Shown here: positions 21,740 through 32,334 of the stretch, piece after piece
Layout: every line of letters starts with the position of its first letter
Position numbering within the stretch: the first letter of the stretch is position 1
Assembly (NCBI GenBank): GCA_963745235.1
Contig: CAVUXE010000022.1
Coordinates: 1 to 64,000 of the forward strand
DNA length: 64,000 nucleotides
DNA from: an uncultured Spirochaetota bacterium
GTDB taxonomy: Bacteria; Spirochaetota; Spirochaetia; SZUA-6; Fen-1364
Direction: 5' to 3'
The notes under the pieces: model-generated
What the model saw: only the letters and a program-made list of their open reading frames with translations
What the model was told of the DNA's origin: nothing
The model's database searches: none
Program-made: the position numbers and the translations under genes

Positions 21740-22639
21740 ATGTCGACTGTCCTGACCTCTGAAGACCTGGTGCAAGCCCCCGGAGGCTTCGCGCTCACCC
21801 TGCGCTACCTGCGTCGCAACAGGAGCCTCGCCGTCGGCCTCCTCATCGTCCTGTTGCTCATGGCGTTCACGGTGATCGGGATGCTGACCATCGACGTGAG
21901 CCACGCGTATCCCCTGGCGGTCAAGCCAAAGCAGCCGCCGGGCGCCAGGTATCTCCTCGGAACCGACTTCTTCGGGAGAGACCTCCTATCGGAAATGGTT
22001 GTCGGCATGTGGCAGACGGCCCTGATCGGCGTGCTGGCCGGGGGCCTCGGCACGCTGATCGGCGTTTTCCTGGGGTTCGTCTCTGCTTACTTCGGGGGGG
22101 CGGTGGACACGATCATCAAGGGGACCTGCCAGATCCTCACTCCCATACCGGTCTTCCTGATCCAGGTAGTCATCGCCGGGTCCCTCGACAAGCGGGACGT
22201 CACCATCTACACCATGGCGTTCATCGTGCTGGCACTGGGTTGGATGTGGCCGACGCTCGTGATACGGTCCCAGGTCCTGACCATGAAGGAAAGGCAGTTC
22301 GTCTCCGTGGCGAAGCTTTCCGGGCGCAATGACCTCGGGATCATCTTTGCGGAGATCATGCCGAACCTGCTTCCGTTCATTGCGGCTTCGTTCGTCTCCC
22401 AGGTCTTCTCAGCAGTGTTCGCCTCTTTCTATCTCGCCGTCGTCGGACTGGGACCCCTGCGGGAGCCCCTCCTTGGCAACATCATCTGGTCCGCCCAGGG
22501 GCAGGGCGCGTTCTTCAACGGCTGGTGGTGGTGGCCCATCTGGCCTGCCATCGGCATGGTCCTGATCCTGGGGTCCCTGGCGCTCATCAACATGGGGTTG
22601 GACGAGCTGGCAAACCCGCGCGTGCGAAGGACGGAGTGA
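21740..22639 (+). CDS. ABC permease (DppC/OppC-type)
   Basis: LLGTDFFGRD, IMPNLLP, ANPRVR. Confidence 0.93.
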   Translation: MSTVLTSEDLVQAPGGFALTLRYLRRNRSLAVGLLIVLLLMAFTVIGMLTIDVSHAYPLAVKPKQPPGARYLLGTDFFGRDLLSEMVVGMWQTALIGVLAGGLGTLIGVFLGFVSAYFGGAVDTIIKGTCQILTPIPVFLIQVVIAGSLDKRDVTIYTMAFIVLALGWMWPTLVIRSQVLTMKERQFVSVAKLSGRNDLGIIFAEIMPNLLPFIAASFVSQVFSAVFASFYLAVVGLGPLREPLLGNIIWSAQGQGAFFNGWWWWPIWPAIGMVLILGSLALINMGLDELANPRVRRTE

Positions 22640-22643
22640 GTCC

Positions 22644-23615
22644 ATGGCGGCCCCCGTTCTCGAGGTGACGGATCTTCGGGTCTCCTACTACACGGATGCC
22701 GGACGGGCAATCGCCCTGGACGGTGTCAACCTGACGCTTTCCGCCGGGGAAAAGCTGGGGCTCGTCGGTGAGTCAGGAAGCGGAAAAAGCACGATGGCCC
22801 TCGCCATGATGCGCATGATCAAGCCGCCCGGGCGCATCGAAAACGGCAGAGTGGTGGTGGCCGGAACGGACCTGACGGCCCTGAGCGATGAGCAGATGCT
22901 CAAGGCGCGCCTCAGCAAGATCGCTTACATTCCCCAGGGCGCCATGAACTCGCTGAACCCTGTCACGCGCATCGGCGCGCAGATGGTGGACGCCATCAAG
23001 GCGCACGAGCCGCGCGCTTCCAAGGCAGACATGCAGGACCGCAGTCGGCGGACGCTGGAGTCCGTGGACCTGAAGCCGGACGTGTTCGACATGTACGCCC
23101 ACGAGCTGAGCGGCGGCATGAAGCAGCGGGTGTGCATCGCCATCGACATATTATTGAGGCCGCAGCTCATCATCGCGGATGAGCCCACCAGCGCGCTGGA
23201 CGTCGTGACCCAGAGGCAGGTCATGGAGACGATCAACCGAGTGCAGAAGAGCATCGGGGCAGCAGTCATCCTGATCGGCCACGACATGGGCCTGATGGCC
23301 CAGTTCGTGGACAAGGTTGCCGTGATGTACACGGGACGCCTTGTGGAGCTGAGCAGCGTGCGGGACATTTTCACCAGGCCCCTGCATCCCTACGCACAGG
23401 CGCTGATTTCCAGCCTCCCCCGGCTGGAAAACAAGGGCGTGTTCCAGGGCATTCCCGGGCTTGCCCCCTCCCTCCTGCGGCTGCCCGGCGGCTGCGCGTT
23501 CCATCCCCGCTGCCAGCATGTCATGGAGGTCTGCCGAACGGTCCGCCCGGACCTGCTGCGGCAGGACGGAGGCCGCAGCGTCGCGTGCCACCTCTACACC
23601 GGGGAGGCCACCTGA
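22644..23615 (+). CDS. ABC ATP-binding protein (DppD-type)
   Basis: GESGSGKST, LSGGMKQR, GCAFHPRC. Confidence 0.95.
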   Translation: MAAPVLEVTDLRVSYYTDAGRAIALDGVNLTLSAGEKLGLVGESGSGKSTMALAMMRMIKPPGRIENGRVVVAGTDLTALSDEQMLKARLSKIAYIPQGAMNSLNPVTRIGAQMVDAIKAHEPRASKADMQDRSRRTLESVDLKPDVFDMYAHELSGGMKQRVCIAIDILLRPQLIIADEPTSALDVVTQRQVMETINRVQKSIGAAVILIGHDMGLMAQFVDKVAVMYTGRLVELSSVRDIFTRPLHPYAQALISSLPRLENKGVFQGIPGLAPSLLRLPGGCAFHPRCQHVMEVCRTVRPDLLRQDGGRSVACHLYTGEAT

Positions 23616-24625
23616 TGCCGGCCCTGATGGAGCTTCGGGGGGTGACCAAGGTCTACACGCGCGGGCTGGTCGCGCGGGCAAGCACGGTAGCCCTGAGAGA
23701 TGTGTCCATAACGCTGAAGGAAGAAGAGCCCACCATCATGACGGTTGCGGGAGAAAGCGGGAGCGGGAAAACCACCCTCGCCATGCTGCTTCTGGGCTTC
23801 ATCCAGCCGACGTCCGGCTCCATCCATTACAAGGGGAAGGATATCAGCCGGCTCGCGGGAGAAGAGAAGGTCACCTTCCGCCGCGAGGTCCAGGCCGTCT
23901 TCCAGGATCCGTTCGCGGTCTTCAACCCGTTCTACACGGTGGACCACCTCCTGTCGGTGCCCATCCGACGGTTCCACCTGGCTCGCACGCGAAGCCAGGC
24001 CAGGGACAGGATGGTGGAGGCGCTCACCGCGGTGGGTCTCCACCCGGATGATATCCTGGGCAGGTTTCCTCACCAGCTGTCCGGCGGGCAGCGGCAGCGG
24101 ATCAACGTGGCACGCGCGCTGGTCCTGAAGCCGCGCCTTCTGGTTGCTGACGAGCCTGTCTCCATGGTGGACGCCTCGCTTCGAGCGAGCATCCTGGAGA
24201 CGCTGCGCGGCCTCCAGCGGGATCATGGCGTTTCCATCCTCTATATCACCCACGACCTGACCACTGCCTACCACATTTCGAAGTCCATCATCGTGCTGTA
24301 CCGCGGGTCCGTGATGGAAGCAGGGGACACGGACAGCGTCATCACCAGCCCGCAGCATCCCTACACCCGCCTCCTGATAGATTCCATACCGTGGCCGGAT
24401 GTCGACCGGCGCTGGGGTGAGACCGAGATCAAGGCAAAGGAAGCAGAGGCGGGAGATCATTCGCCCGGATGCAAGTTCTATTCCCGCTGCCCGTTTGCCA
24501 TGGACAAGTGCCGCGTGTCCCCGCCGCTTTTCCGTTTGGCGGAGCACCACGCCGCCTCCTGCTATCTCCTGGAAAAGCATCCTGCAGTGGAATCCGCGCG
24601 ACTGTCCGACCTCCTGCCCATGTGA
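23615..24625 (+). CDS. ABC ATP-binding protein (DppF-type)
   Basis: GESGSGKTT, FPHQLSGGQRQR, GCKFYSRC. Confidence 0.95.
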   Translation: MPALMELRGVTKVYTRGLVARASTVALRDVSITLKEEEPTIMTVAGESGSGKTTLAMLLLGFIQPTSGSIHYKGKDISRLAGEEKVTFRREVQAVFQDPFAVFNPFYTVDHLLSVPIRRFHLARTRSQARDRMVEALTAVGLHPDDILGRFPHQLSGGQRQRINVARALVLKPRLLVADEPVSMVDASLRASILETLRGLQRDHGVSILYITHDLTTAYHISKSIIVLYRGSVMEAGDTDSVITSPQHPYTRLLIDSIPWPDVDRRWGETEIKAKEAEAGDHSPGCKFYSRCPFAMDKCRVSPPLFRLAEHHAASCYLLEKHPAVESARLSDLLPM

Positions 24626-24652
24626 CTATCTTTGCCCTCGAAGGTGAGGGCA

Positions 24653-27600
24653 ATGGAGGGCGCAGCATCGGTCTGGGAAGAAGAGGTCATCATCCCCACG
24701 TACCCGGTCGGGGAGCCTGAGCGCAATCCGATCTTTCTGGAAAACCGGGTCTACCAGGGATCCTCCGGCGCGGTGTATCCCCTGCCGGTCATCGAGAGGC
24801 TGAATGACGAAAAGGAGGACCGGACTTACCACGCGGTTTTTCTGGAAAACGAATACCTGAAGGTCATGATCCTTCCCGAGTTGGGCGGCAGGGTCCAGAT
24901 GGCCTACGCCAAGACCCTGGACTATCACTTTGTCTACTACAACCGGGTGATCAAGCCGGCTCTTGTGGGCCTGGCCGGGCCGTGGATCTCCGGGGGAATC
25001 GAGTTCAACTGGCCGCAGCATCACCGGCCCAGCACGTTCATGCCGGTGGATCATGTCATTGAAAAGGCGGAGGAGGGTCGGGCGACCGTATGGCTTGCAG
25101 AGACAGACCGCATGCGCGGAAGCCGCAGCGTTGCCGGGCTTTCCCTGTACCCGGGAAAAGCGTACCTGGAAGTTTCCGTGCGACTGTCGAATCCCACGCT
25201 CTTTCCCCAGACCTTTCTCTGGTGGGCGAATCCCGCCGTGCCAGTCAACGACCAGTACCAGTCCGTCTTTCCGCCGGACGTCAATGCCGTCTTCGATCAT
25301 GGAAAACGGGATGTCTCCCGGTTTCCCATAGCAACCGGGACATACTACAAGGTGGACTATTCAGCCGGCGTGGACATTTCCTGGTACCGGAACATCCCGG
25401 TGCCTACCTCGTACATGGCCTATCACTCGGACTTCGACTTCGTGGGCGGCTACGATCACGGGAGGAACGCGGGGATCCTGCATGTGGCCGACCACCACGT
25501 TTCCCCGGGGAAAAAGTTGTGGACATGGGGAAACGGGGAGTTCGGCAAGGCGTGGGAAAGGAACCTGACGGACGCGGATGGTCCCTACATCGAGCTGATG
25601 ACAGGGGTGTTCACGGACAACCAGCCGGACTTCTCATGGCTGGAGCCGGGAGAGCAGAAGCATTTCATCCAGAGCTTTCTCCCGTACGCGGGGATCGGAA
25701 TGGTGAAGAACGCTTCCCGCGACGCGGCGATTTCCCTGGACCTTGCCGATGGGATGGCGCGTGTAGGGGCGTGCTCCACGGCGCGGCGCAAGTACCACGT
25801 GGTCCTGGGGAACGGGGCACCTGCAGCGGGAACGCCCGCCGGGGGGCCGGCCGGAGGAACGCCCTCCGGGGGGCCAACAGGAGGAGCGCCCGCGGGGGGC
25901 GCGCTTCTGGATGCCACCGCGGAGATCAGTCCCGAGGCTCCCTACGTATTCAGCGTGCCTCTGCCGCCCGGATCCGCCCAAGGTCTGACCTTGTCCCTGC
26001 AATCTCTTGACGGCGAGGTAAGCATTTCCTACAGCCCGCAGAAGCTCGGTGAATCTGCGGTGCCCGACCCTGCGAGTCCCGCACCTCCGCCATCCGATGT
26101 GGGAACGCAGGAGGAGCTGTACCTGATTGGCATCCACCTGGAGCAATACCGGCACGCCACGTTCCGTCCGGAGGACTACTACGCAGAGGCGCTGCACCGG
26201 GACCCCGGCGACTCGCGATGCGCACTCGCCATGGGGCTGCTCCTTCTGCGCCGCGGCGACTTTGCGGGAAGCGAGCAGTACTTTCGAACCGCCATCAGGC
26301 GAGTCACGACAAGGAACCCCAACCCGCAGGATGGGGCGTCATTCCTGTACCTCGGGACCTCGTTGGAGATGCAGGACAAGCTGAGCGGGGCGGAAGACGC
26401 ATACTCCAAAGCCGCCTGGAGCGCGGGAAGCCGGGCGGCCGCGCATGCCGGCCTTGCCCGATGCGCCATGAAGCAGGGCAATTTTGCAGCGGCGCTTGCG
26501 CGCGCGGAGGAGTCCCTGGCCGCTTATCCGCGGGATGTCGAGACTCGGTGCATGAAGGCGATTGCCCTGCGCCGGCTCGGCAGATTCGGGGAGGCAGAGG
26601 CCGCCGCCGAGTCGGCCCTCGCCGAGGATCCTTTGTGCTTCCTGGCAGCCAATGAAAGGGAGCTTGCCCGCTCTTCTTGCCTCGCGCCCGCGGCCCGGCC
26701 AAGCACGGGCTTCCGGCGGGATCGTCGCAGCATGGGAGATCCTGCCCATACAGCAAAAGAGGTCGCTTCCCGGTACGTATTGTGCGGGCTCTTCCCAGAG
26801 GCGATCTCGGTGCTCCTGGCGGCCGAAGCGCCGGACAATCCGCTTCTCTGCTTCTGCCTGGGGTATTGCTTCGCGCGGCACGGAGATCGGGAGGCCGGCA
26901 TCTCCTGGATCAAGCAGGCAGACTCTCTTCCCCAGGGGGCCTCTTTTGCCGGAAGCCTCCTGGACGTCCCGGTTCTGGAGCTTGCAGGCAGCCTTTTTCC
27001 CGAAGGCGCCCGGGCCTGGTACCATCTCGGGAATCTCCTGTATGCGAACCGGCTTTTCTCCCGAGCCATCGAGGCATGGGAGCGGGCAAAGCAGCGGGAT
27101 TTGGCCTTCCCAACGGTTCGGCGCAACCTCGCCCTCGCTGCATTCAACAAGCTCGGCGACGCCCGGCGCGCTCGCGCCGAGCTCGAACAGGCCTTCCTGC
27201 TCGATCCAACGGACGCCCGTGTGTTGATGGAGCTTCACCAGCTCTTGAAGCGCCTGGCCGTGGATCCGGCTGAGCGCTTCCACCTGCTCAGCCGTCACAG
27301 GGAGCTGGTCTTCTCCCGGGATGACCTGTCGGTGGAGTGGGTTTCGCTTCTGACACTGCGGGGAGACTATCGCGAGGCGCTCGAGATCTTGGAAGGAAGG
27401 AAGTTCCATCCTTGGGAAGGCGGAGAGGGGAGGGCAACCGGGCAGTACACGGCCGCGCTCCTGGGTCTGTGCAAGACGCGTCTGCTGGCGGGAGACGCAG
27501 TGGAGGCCGCGGACCTGGCACGACGAGCCCTTCAGTTTCCACCGAATCTCGGGGAAGGGCGGCTCCCCGGCGCGGTCCCCAATGACGTCTGGTACTATCT

Positions 27601-28054
27601 CGGGTGCGCCCAGGAAGCCGCGGGGGACATGGCGGGGTCCAGGGACTCGCTGGGCCGCGCATCCGCCGGGGAAAAGTCACCCGCAATTTCCCTGTACTAC
27701 AACGATCAGCCCGCGGACTTGATATTCTTCCAGGGGCTTGCCCTGGCGCTGCTCGGCCGAAAGGAGGAAGCGCAGGGAAGGTTCACCTGCCTCTTCGACT
27801 ATGGAGAGCGAAACAGGGACCGGCCCGTGGAGATCGATTATTTTGCGGTCTCTCTGCCGGACATGCTGATTTTCGATGACGATCTTTCGCGTCGCGCCCG
27901 GGTCTTCTGCGCGTACCTGCAGGCGCTCGGCACCCTCGGCATGGGGGACGCGCCGCGAGCCCGCGCTCTTCTTTCGAAAGTCAGGGCAGAGGAACCTTCG
28001 CACGCTGGGGCCTGCGAAACCCTGCGCGACATGGACAACCGTTGGAAGTTTTGA
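24653..28054 (+). CDS. DUF5107 domain plus TPR-repeat protein
   Basis: RVYQGSSGAVYP, LENEYLKVMILPELGGR, WISGGIEFNWP, FHPWEGGEG; many TPR-like helices. Confidence 0.88.
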   Translation: MEGAASVWEEEVIIPTYPVGEPERNPIFLENRVYQGSSGAVYPLPVIERLNDEKEDRTYHAVFLENEYLKVMILPELGGRVQMAYAKTLDYHFVYYNRVIKPALVGLAGPWISGGIEFNWPQHHRPSTFMPVDHVIEKAEEGRATVWLAETDRMRGSRSVAGLSLYPGKAYLEVSVRLSNPTLFPQTFLWWANPAVPVNDQYQSVFPPDVNAVFDHGKRDVSRFPIATGTYYKVDYSAGVDISWYRNIPVPTSYMAYHSDFDFVGGYDHGRNAGILHVADHHVSPGKKLWTWGNGEFGKAWERNLTDADGPYIELMTGVFTDNQPDFSWLEPGEQKHFIQSFLPYAGIGMVKNASRDAAISLDLADGMARVGACSTARRKYHVVLGNGAPAAGTPAGGPAGGTPSGGPTGGAPAGGALLDATAEISPEAPYVFSVPLPPGSAQGLTLSLQSLDGEVSISYSPQKLGESAVPDPASPAPPPSDVGTQEELYLIGIHLEQYRHATFRPEDYYAEALHRDPGDSRCALAMGLLLLRRGDFAGSEQYFRTAIRRVTTRNPNPQDGASFLYLGTSLEMQDKLSGAEDAYSKAAWSAGSRAAAHAGLARCAMKQGNFAAALARAEESLAAYPRDVETRCMKAIALRRLGRFGEAEAAAESALAEDPLCFLAANERELARSSCLAPAARPSTGFRRDRRSMGDPAHTAKEVASRYVLCGLFPEAISVLLAAEAPDNPLLCFCLGYCFARHGDREAGISWIKQADSLPQGASFAGSLLDVPVLELAGSLFPEGARAWYHLGNLLYANRLFSRAIEAWERAKQRDLAFPTVRRNLALAAFNKLGDARRARAELEQAFLLDPTDARVLMELHQLLKRLAVDPAERFHLLSRHRELVFSRDDLSVEWVSLLTLRGDYREALEILEGRKFHPWEGGEGRATGQYTAALLGLCKTRLLAGDAVEAADLARRALQFPPNLGEGRLPGAVPNDVWYYLGCAQEAAGDMAGSRDSLGRASAGEKSPAISLYYNDQPADLIFFQGLALALLGRKEEAQGRFTCLFDYGERNRDRPVEIDYFAVSLPDMLIFDDDLSRRARVFCAYLQALGTLGMGDAPRARALLSKVRAEEPSHAGACETLRDMDNRWKF
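25813..25900 (+). repeat. Low-complexity Gly/Pro/Ala tandem repeat within the DUF5107 gene
   Basis: Encodes GAPAAGTPAGGPAGGTPSGGPTGGAPAGG. Confidence 0.7.
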
Positions 28055-28060
28055 AAAAGG

Positions 28061-28092
28061 AGGGCTGTTTAAGGGAAGGGCCGTTTAAGGGA
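28061..28092. repeat. 16-bp tandem direct repeat (1 mismatch)
   Basis: AGGGCTGTTTAAGGGA / AGGGCCGTTTAAGGGA upstream of the next operon. Confidence 0.7.
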
Positions 28093-28268
28093 ATTTAACC
28101 CGGCCGCAATCGATCCTGAACACGATTTTCGTACGTTCAGACCTGAAGCCTGACGGTTGGACATTATGGCGCCTGCAGATTTCTGGTCTTCAAGCCTTTC
28201 GTTTCATGTCGCGCAATTCCATACAAACAAAGCATTCGAACCAATTTCACTCGACGCGAGGAGGTTCT

Positions 28269-29384
28269 ATGAAGCGATTCTTTATGGTTTTCTCCCTGCT
28301 GTTGGCAGCAGGCTCTTATGCCTTTGCCAGCGGCGCAATGGAGCGGCCGAAGCCGTCCCCATATTTCATTGGTCTTGATACAAAAACTGTAACCAATTCG
28401 TGGGAGTCGTATTTCCAGGACAGCTTCGAGTGGTACTCCCAGGACAACCACTGGAAGTGGATCACCAACGAAGCCGGAGGAGATCCGGCCGCTCAGATCA
28501 CGCAGTGCCGGCAGATGCTCAATTCCGGCGTCAAGGGATTGATCGTATCTGCTCAGGACAAGGAAGCGGCGAAGCCCATCGTGGATTTCGCAACCGCCGC
28601 CAAGGTCCCGGTCTTCACCGCGGATGCGGATATCGATTCGCCGAACGTCAAAATGTACGTCGGGTTCTCCGGTGAGCGCGCCGGCGCGGAGCTCGCGCAG
28701 CACCTGGTCGACTTTCTGAAGTCAACGCACAACGGCCACGTCCGCGGGACTGTGCTGGAGATGCTTGGTCCCCTGGGGGGCGCATCATCCATCGACAGAA
28801 GCAAGGGGTTCCATGATGTGATCGACCAGTACAAGGATGTCAGGGTCATCCAGGCCGTCGGGGACTTCCAGGAGGCGCCGGCAAAGACTGCGGCGGAAAA
28901 CGTGCTGCGGGCACATCCGCGCGTCGATGCCTGCTACTCCGCCAACGGCCCCATGGCCACCGGCGCAGTCGAGGCGATGAAGGATCTGAACATCGACCCC
29001 ACCAAAGTGTACACGGTCACGATTGACGCTACTCCGGGCGTCCTGACCCTCATCAAGAACGGCGACATTCGGATGGCGCTGGACCAGGCCCCCGCATTCT
29101 ACACGGCCATTGCCGCGCACTACCTGGTCGCATATCTCAAGAACGGCGATGCCGCTCTGCCGAAAGTCGGGGACACGATCAACGCCCAGGATCTGAAGCT
29201 TTCCACGGGCGTCAAGCATGCCGGCACGGATGTCTGGGCCGACAACTCAGCATGGGCGCCTGCAAAGGTCGTGAAGGGTTTGGCCGGGCACCTGTGGTTC
29301 CAGACCGGCGCGGTCCTGGTGACCAAGGACAACGCTGACGCGCCCTATCTCTGGGCAAACGTCAAGTTGCCGGGAAAGGCCTGA
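28269..29384 (+). CDS. Sugar ABC substrate-binding protein (RbsB-like)
   Basis: Signal peptide, KVPVFTAD, DRSKGF, ANGPMATGA. Confidence 0.9.
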   Translation: MKRFFMVFSLLLAAGSYAFASGAMERPKPSPYFIGLDTKTVTNSWESYFQDSFEWYSQDNHWKWITNEAGGDPAAQITQCRQMLNSGVKGLIVSAQDKEAAKPIVDFATAAKVPVFTADADIDSPNVKMYVGFSGERAGAELAQHLVDFLKSTHNGHVRGTVLEMLGPLGGASSIDRSKGFHDVIDQYKDVRVIQAVGDFQEAPAKTAAENVLRAHPRVDACYSANGPMATGAVEAMKDLNIDPTKVYTVTIDATPGVLTLIKNGDIRMALDQAPAFYTAIAAHYLVAYLKNGDAALPKVGDTINAQDLKLSTGVKHAGTDVWADNSAWAPAKVVKGLAGHLWFQTGAVLVTKDNADAPYLWANVKLPGKA

Positions 29385-29387
29385 GAC

Positions 29388-30485
29388 TTGAAAAAGATGC
29401 GTTTCTCGCGGTTGCTCCCGGGAGCGTTGCTCCCGGGAGCGGCCGTCGAGGCGCTGAGCGAAGGATCGACGCCTGCCGCAGGCGTTCGCCGAAGCGCGGG
29501 GCAAAAGGTCCGTCTCTTCATCGTCAGGAACCTGATCTGGGCTATCCTTCTGTTCGTCTTTCTTGTCTTCTCCCTCACGCTTCCGAACTTCTTCACGCTG
29601 CAGAACATTCACTTCATCCTGTACGTCGCTTCAGCGATCGGCTTGCTCGTATTTGCCGAATCCCTTGTTCTCATCAGCGGCAGCATGGACCTGTCCATCG
29701 CCCACATCGCCGGGCTGTCCTCCATGCTCACGGGGGCCGTCACCATCCAGTGGCTGCCGTTCCTTCCCGGCTGGATGGGCATTGTCTTCATCGTGGTGGC
29801 AGGCGCGATGCTGGGCTCGGTCAACGGGTTTTTCGTCGGCAGAGTGGGAATAAACCCCTTCCTTGTCACCCTCTCCACGTTCCTCATGTACAACTGGCTC
29901 ACGTTCTCCATCAATCGCGGGGCCATCTCGAACGTCTCCCCGGCGCTCGTGTTTCCGGGCGGCGGGCGGGTGTTCGGCGTGTTCTTCGCGATTCCAGTGA
30001 TGCTGGCAGCCTGCCTCTTCCTCGGGTTCGTTCTCACCCGCACGAGGTTCGGCGGGTACGTGCACGCAATGGGTGGAAACCCGGACGCCGCCCGGATGTT
30101 GGGCATCAGCCTGCCGCGGATGAACTTCCGGGTGTTCACCATCGCAGGGGCGCTCGCCGGGCTTTCCGGCCTGCTGTACGTCGGCTATTTGAAATCCATC
30201 CCCAGCACGATCGCGGGAGGGGACGACATCTTCCTTGCCTTTGCCGGCGCCATCATCGGCGGGGTCAGCCTGAAAGGCGGAGAGGGATCCATGGCGGGCG
30301 CGCTTGGCGGCGTGCTCCTCCTTGGCGTCATCGACACCGGAACGGCGATGACACTCATCGATCCCGCTCTGCGCGGATTTCTGAACGGGCTCATCCTCCT
30401 GGGAGCGATCCTGATCAACAAGTACCGAGTCAAGCTGCGCGACAGGATCCTCATCCCCACGGGCTCGCCGGAGGCAACGGCGTGA
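29388..30485 (+). CDS. Sugar ABC permease (RbsC-like)
   Basis: SGSMDLSI, INPFLVTL, GGNPDAA, IIGGVSLKGG. Confidence 0.92.
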   Translation: MKKMRFSRLLPGALLPGAAVEALSEGSTPAAGVRRSAGQKVRLFIVRNLIWAILLFVFLVFSLTLPNFFTLQNIHFILYVASAIGLLVFAESLVLISGSMDLSIAHIAGLSSMLTGAVTIQWLPFLPGWMGIVFIVVAGAMLGSVNGFFVGRVGINPFLVTLSTFLMYNWLTFSINRGAISNVSPALVFPGGGRVFGVFFAIPVMLAACLFLGFVLTRTRFGGYVHAMGGNPDAARMLGISLPRMNFRVFTIAGALAGLSGLLYVGYLKSIPSTIAGGDDIFLAFAGAIIGGVSLKGGEGSMAGALGGVLLLGVIDTGTAMTLIDPALRGFLNGLILLGAILINKYRVKLRDRILIPTGSPEATA

Positions 30486-31273
30486 GCAATCCCGACAGTG
30501 CACGGCCGGCGCCTCTGCTCGCGCTGAAATCGGTGGAGAAGTGGTACGGTGAGGTCCACGCCCTTCGCGCCGTGACTCTGGAGGTCGACCTCGATGAGAT
30601 CGTTGGTCTCATAGGCGACAACGGGGCGGGGAAATCCACGCTGATCAAGGTCATTTCCGGGGTCACCTCGCGTGATGGCGGGGAGATCACCTGGAAGGGG
30701 AGGAAGGTCACCCTCGGCTCCGTGCGGGAAGCGCAAGCCCTGGGAATCGAGACCGTCCACCAGGACCGCGCAGTGGTCGGGAACATGAGCGTCGCACGCA
30801 ACATCTTCCTCGGCAGGGAGCCGACGCGCGGGATCGGGCCCTTCCGTGTGATCGACCGCAAGGTGATGACCGAGGATGCGCAAAGGCTTCTCACGGGCCT
30901 GCGGCTGCACATCTCCTCAGTGGACCAGGAGGCACGGTTCTGCTCAGGGGGAGAAATGCAGGGAATCGCGATCTCCCGGGCCATGTACTTCAGGGCCTCC
31001 CTTGTGATCCTGGATGAGCCGACGACGGCTCTCGCCGTGACGGGCGCGCAGACGGTGCTGGGGTTCATCCGCAAGCTCAAGGAGGACCACATCTCGTGCA
31101 TCTTTGTCACCCACAACCTTCACGATGTGTATGCAGTGGCTGACCGATTTATCGTCATGGTCCGCGGCACCGTCGCGGCCAACGTGAGCCGGAATGACGT
31201 CACGGTGGAGGACCTCGTCCGGCTGCAGGTTGGCCAGGGAAGGCACGCCGGCGGCAGAGCCAACGGCGGATAG
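30482..31273 (+). CDS. Sugar ABC ATP-binding protein (single domain)
   Basis: GDNGAGKST, SGGE, ILDEPT; GTG start overlaps the permease stop. Confidence 0.92.
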   Translation: MSNPDSARPAPLLALKSVEKWYGEVHALRAVTLEVDLDEIVGLIGDNGAGKSTLIKVISGVTSRDGGEITWKGRKVTLGSVREAQALGIETVHQDRAVVGNMSVARNIFLGREPTRGIGPFRVIDRKVMTEDAQRLLTGLRLHISSVDQEARFCSGGEMQGIAISRAMYFRASLVILDEPTTALAVTGAQTVLGFIRKLKEDHISCIFVTHNLHDVYAVADRFIVMVRGTVAANVSRNDVTVEDLVRLQVGQGRHAGGRANGG

Positions 31274-31356
31274 CCAGGCCGACGTCCGGTGGTCGCCCTG
31301 TCTGGATTAGGATTTTCTCGGCGGTCTCTCACTGCCGCCGATGAATGGAGGTTTCT

Positions 31357-32148
31357 ATGTTCAACTATCGGTGGATGCTGGCGCCTGCCATCGTTGCAAG
31401 CGGAATGCTCGTGGCGGCAACCAGCTCATTCGGTTTGAGCCAGACCCAGCTCATGGAGTACGGGTCTCCTTCTGCAGTGGAGGCTGCGATCAAAGGGAAA
31501 GCAAGCGTCGAAACCCGTGACAAGGACGGCGCAACCCCCCTGATGATTGCCGCCGGGTTCAACCAGGATCCGAAAGTCATTTCCGCGCTGCTGAATGCAG
31601 GGGCCAAAGTGGACGACCAGGCCAGGGGGAATGTGACTCCGCTCATGTATGCCGCGCTCAACCGCGATCCCCGGATCGCCTCGGCGCTTCTGAAAGCAGG
31701 AGCGAACGTCAACGCGCGCGAATGGGACGGGGAGACTCCCCTCATGATCGCGTCCGCTTACAACCAGAACCCGGACGTCGTTTCAACCCTTCTGAAGGCG
31801 GGAGCGGGAGTCGGCCAGCGCGACTCTCATGGAATGACTCCGCTGATGTTCGCCGCGCTGAATCCCAATCCCGCCATCATTCCCGAGCTGATCCGCGCGG
31901 GGGCCAGGGTCGCTGACCAGGACAACAACGGCAGGACTCCCCTCATGTGGGCCGCCATGGATGGCCAGCATCCGCGGGCCGTCTCCGTCCTCCTGGCAGC
32001 AGGCGCGACGGGACAGCTCACCTCGAAGGACGGGAAGACCGCTTATGACTACGCGGCTATGAATCCCGACCTGAAGGGAACAAAGCAGCTGCAAGAGCTG
32101 AAGACCGCCGCCCAGACGGCCCATGGTCAAGTCGGCCAGCGGGCATAG
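31357..32148 (+). CDS. Ankyrin-repeat protein with signal peptide
   Basis: Five to six TPLM-type ankyrin repeats (GATPLMIAA, GETPLMIAS, GMTPLMFAA, GRTPLMWAA). Confidence 0.92.
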   Translation: MFNYRWMLAPAIVASGMLVAATSSFGLSQTQLMEYGSPSAVEAAIKGKASVETRDKDGATPLMIAAGFNQDPKVISALLNAGAKVDDQARGNVTPLMYAALNRDPRIASALLKAGANVNAREWDGETPLMIASAYNQNPDVVSTLLKAGAGVGQRDSHGMTPLMFAALNPNPAIIPELIRAGARVADQDNNGRTPLMWAAMDGQHPRAVSVLLAAGATGQLTSKDGKTAYDYAAMNPDLKGTKQLQELKTAAQTAHGQVGQRA

Positions 32149-32334
32149 AGGAGACAGCAGCGGCGGAGGACTGCTGAAGCCGGGGGGAGCGTGGATTGGC
32201 GCTCCCCCCATACTGGCTCCACAGCGGCGGTCATTCACCACCCTGTGCCTGCGCGCCGACCCGAACGCTACTTTTGGACATGTGTCCTGATTGCGCGCGG
32301 CCGGTTCGTCATTGATGGCATGGAGGCAGGAACC

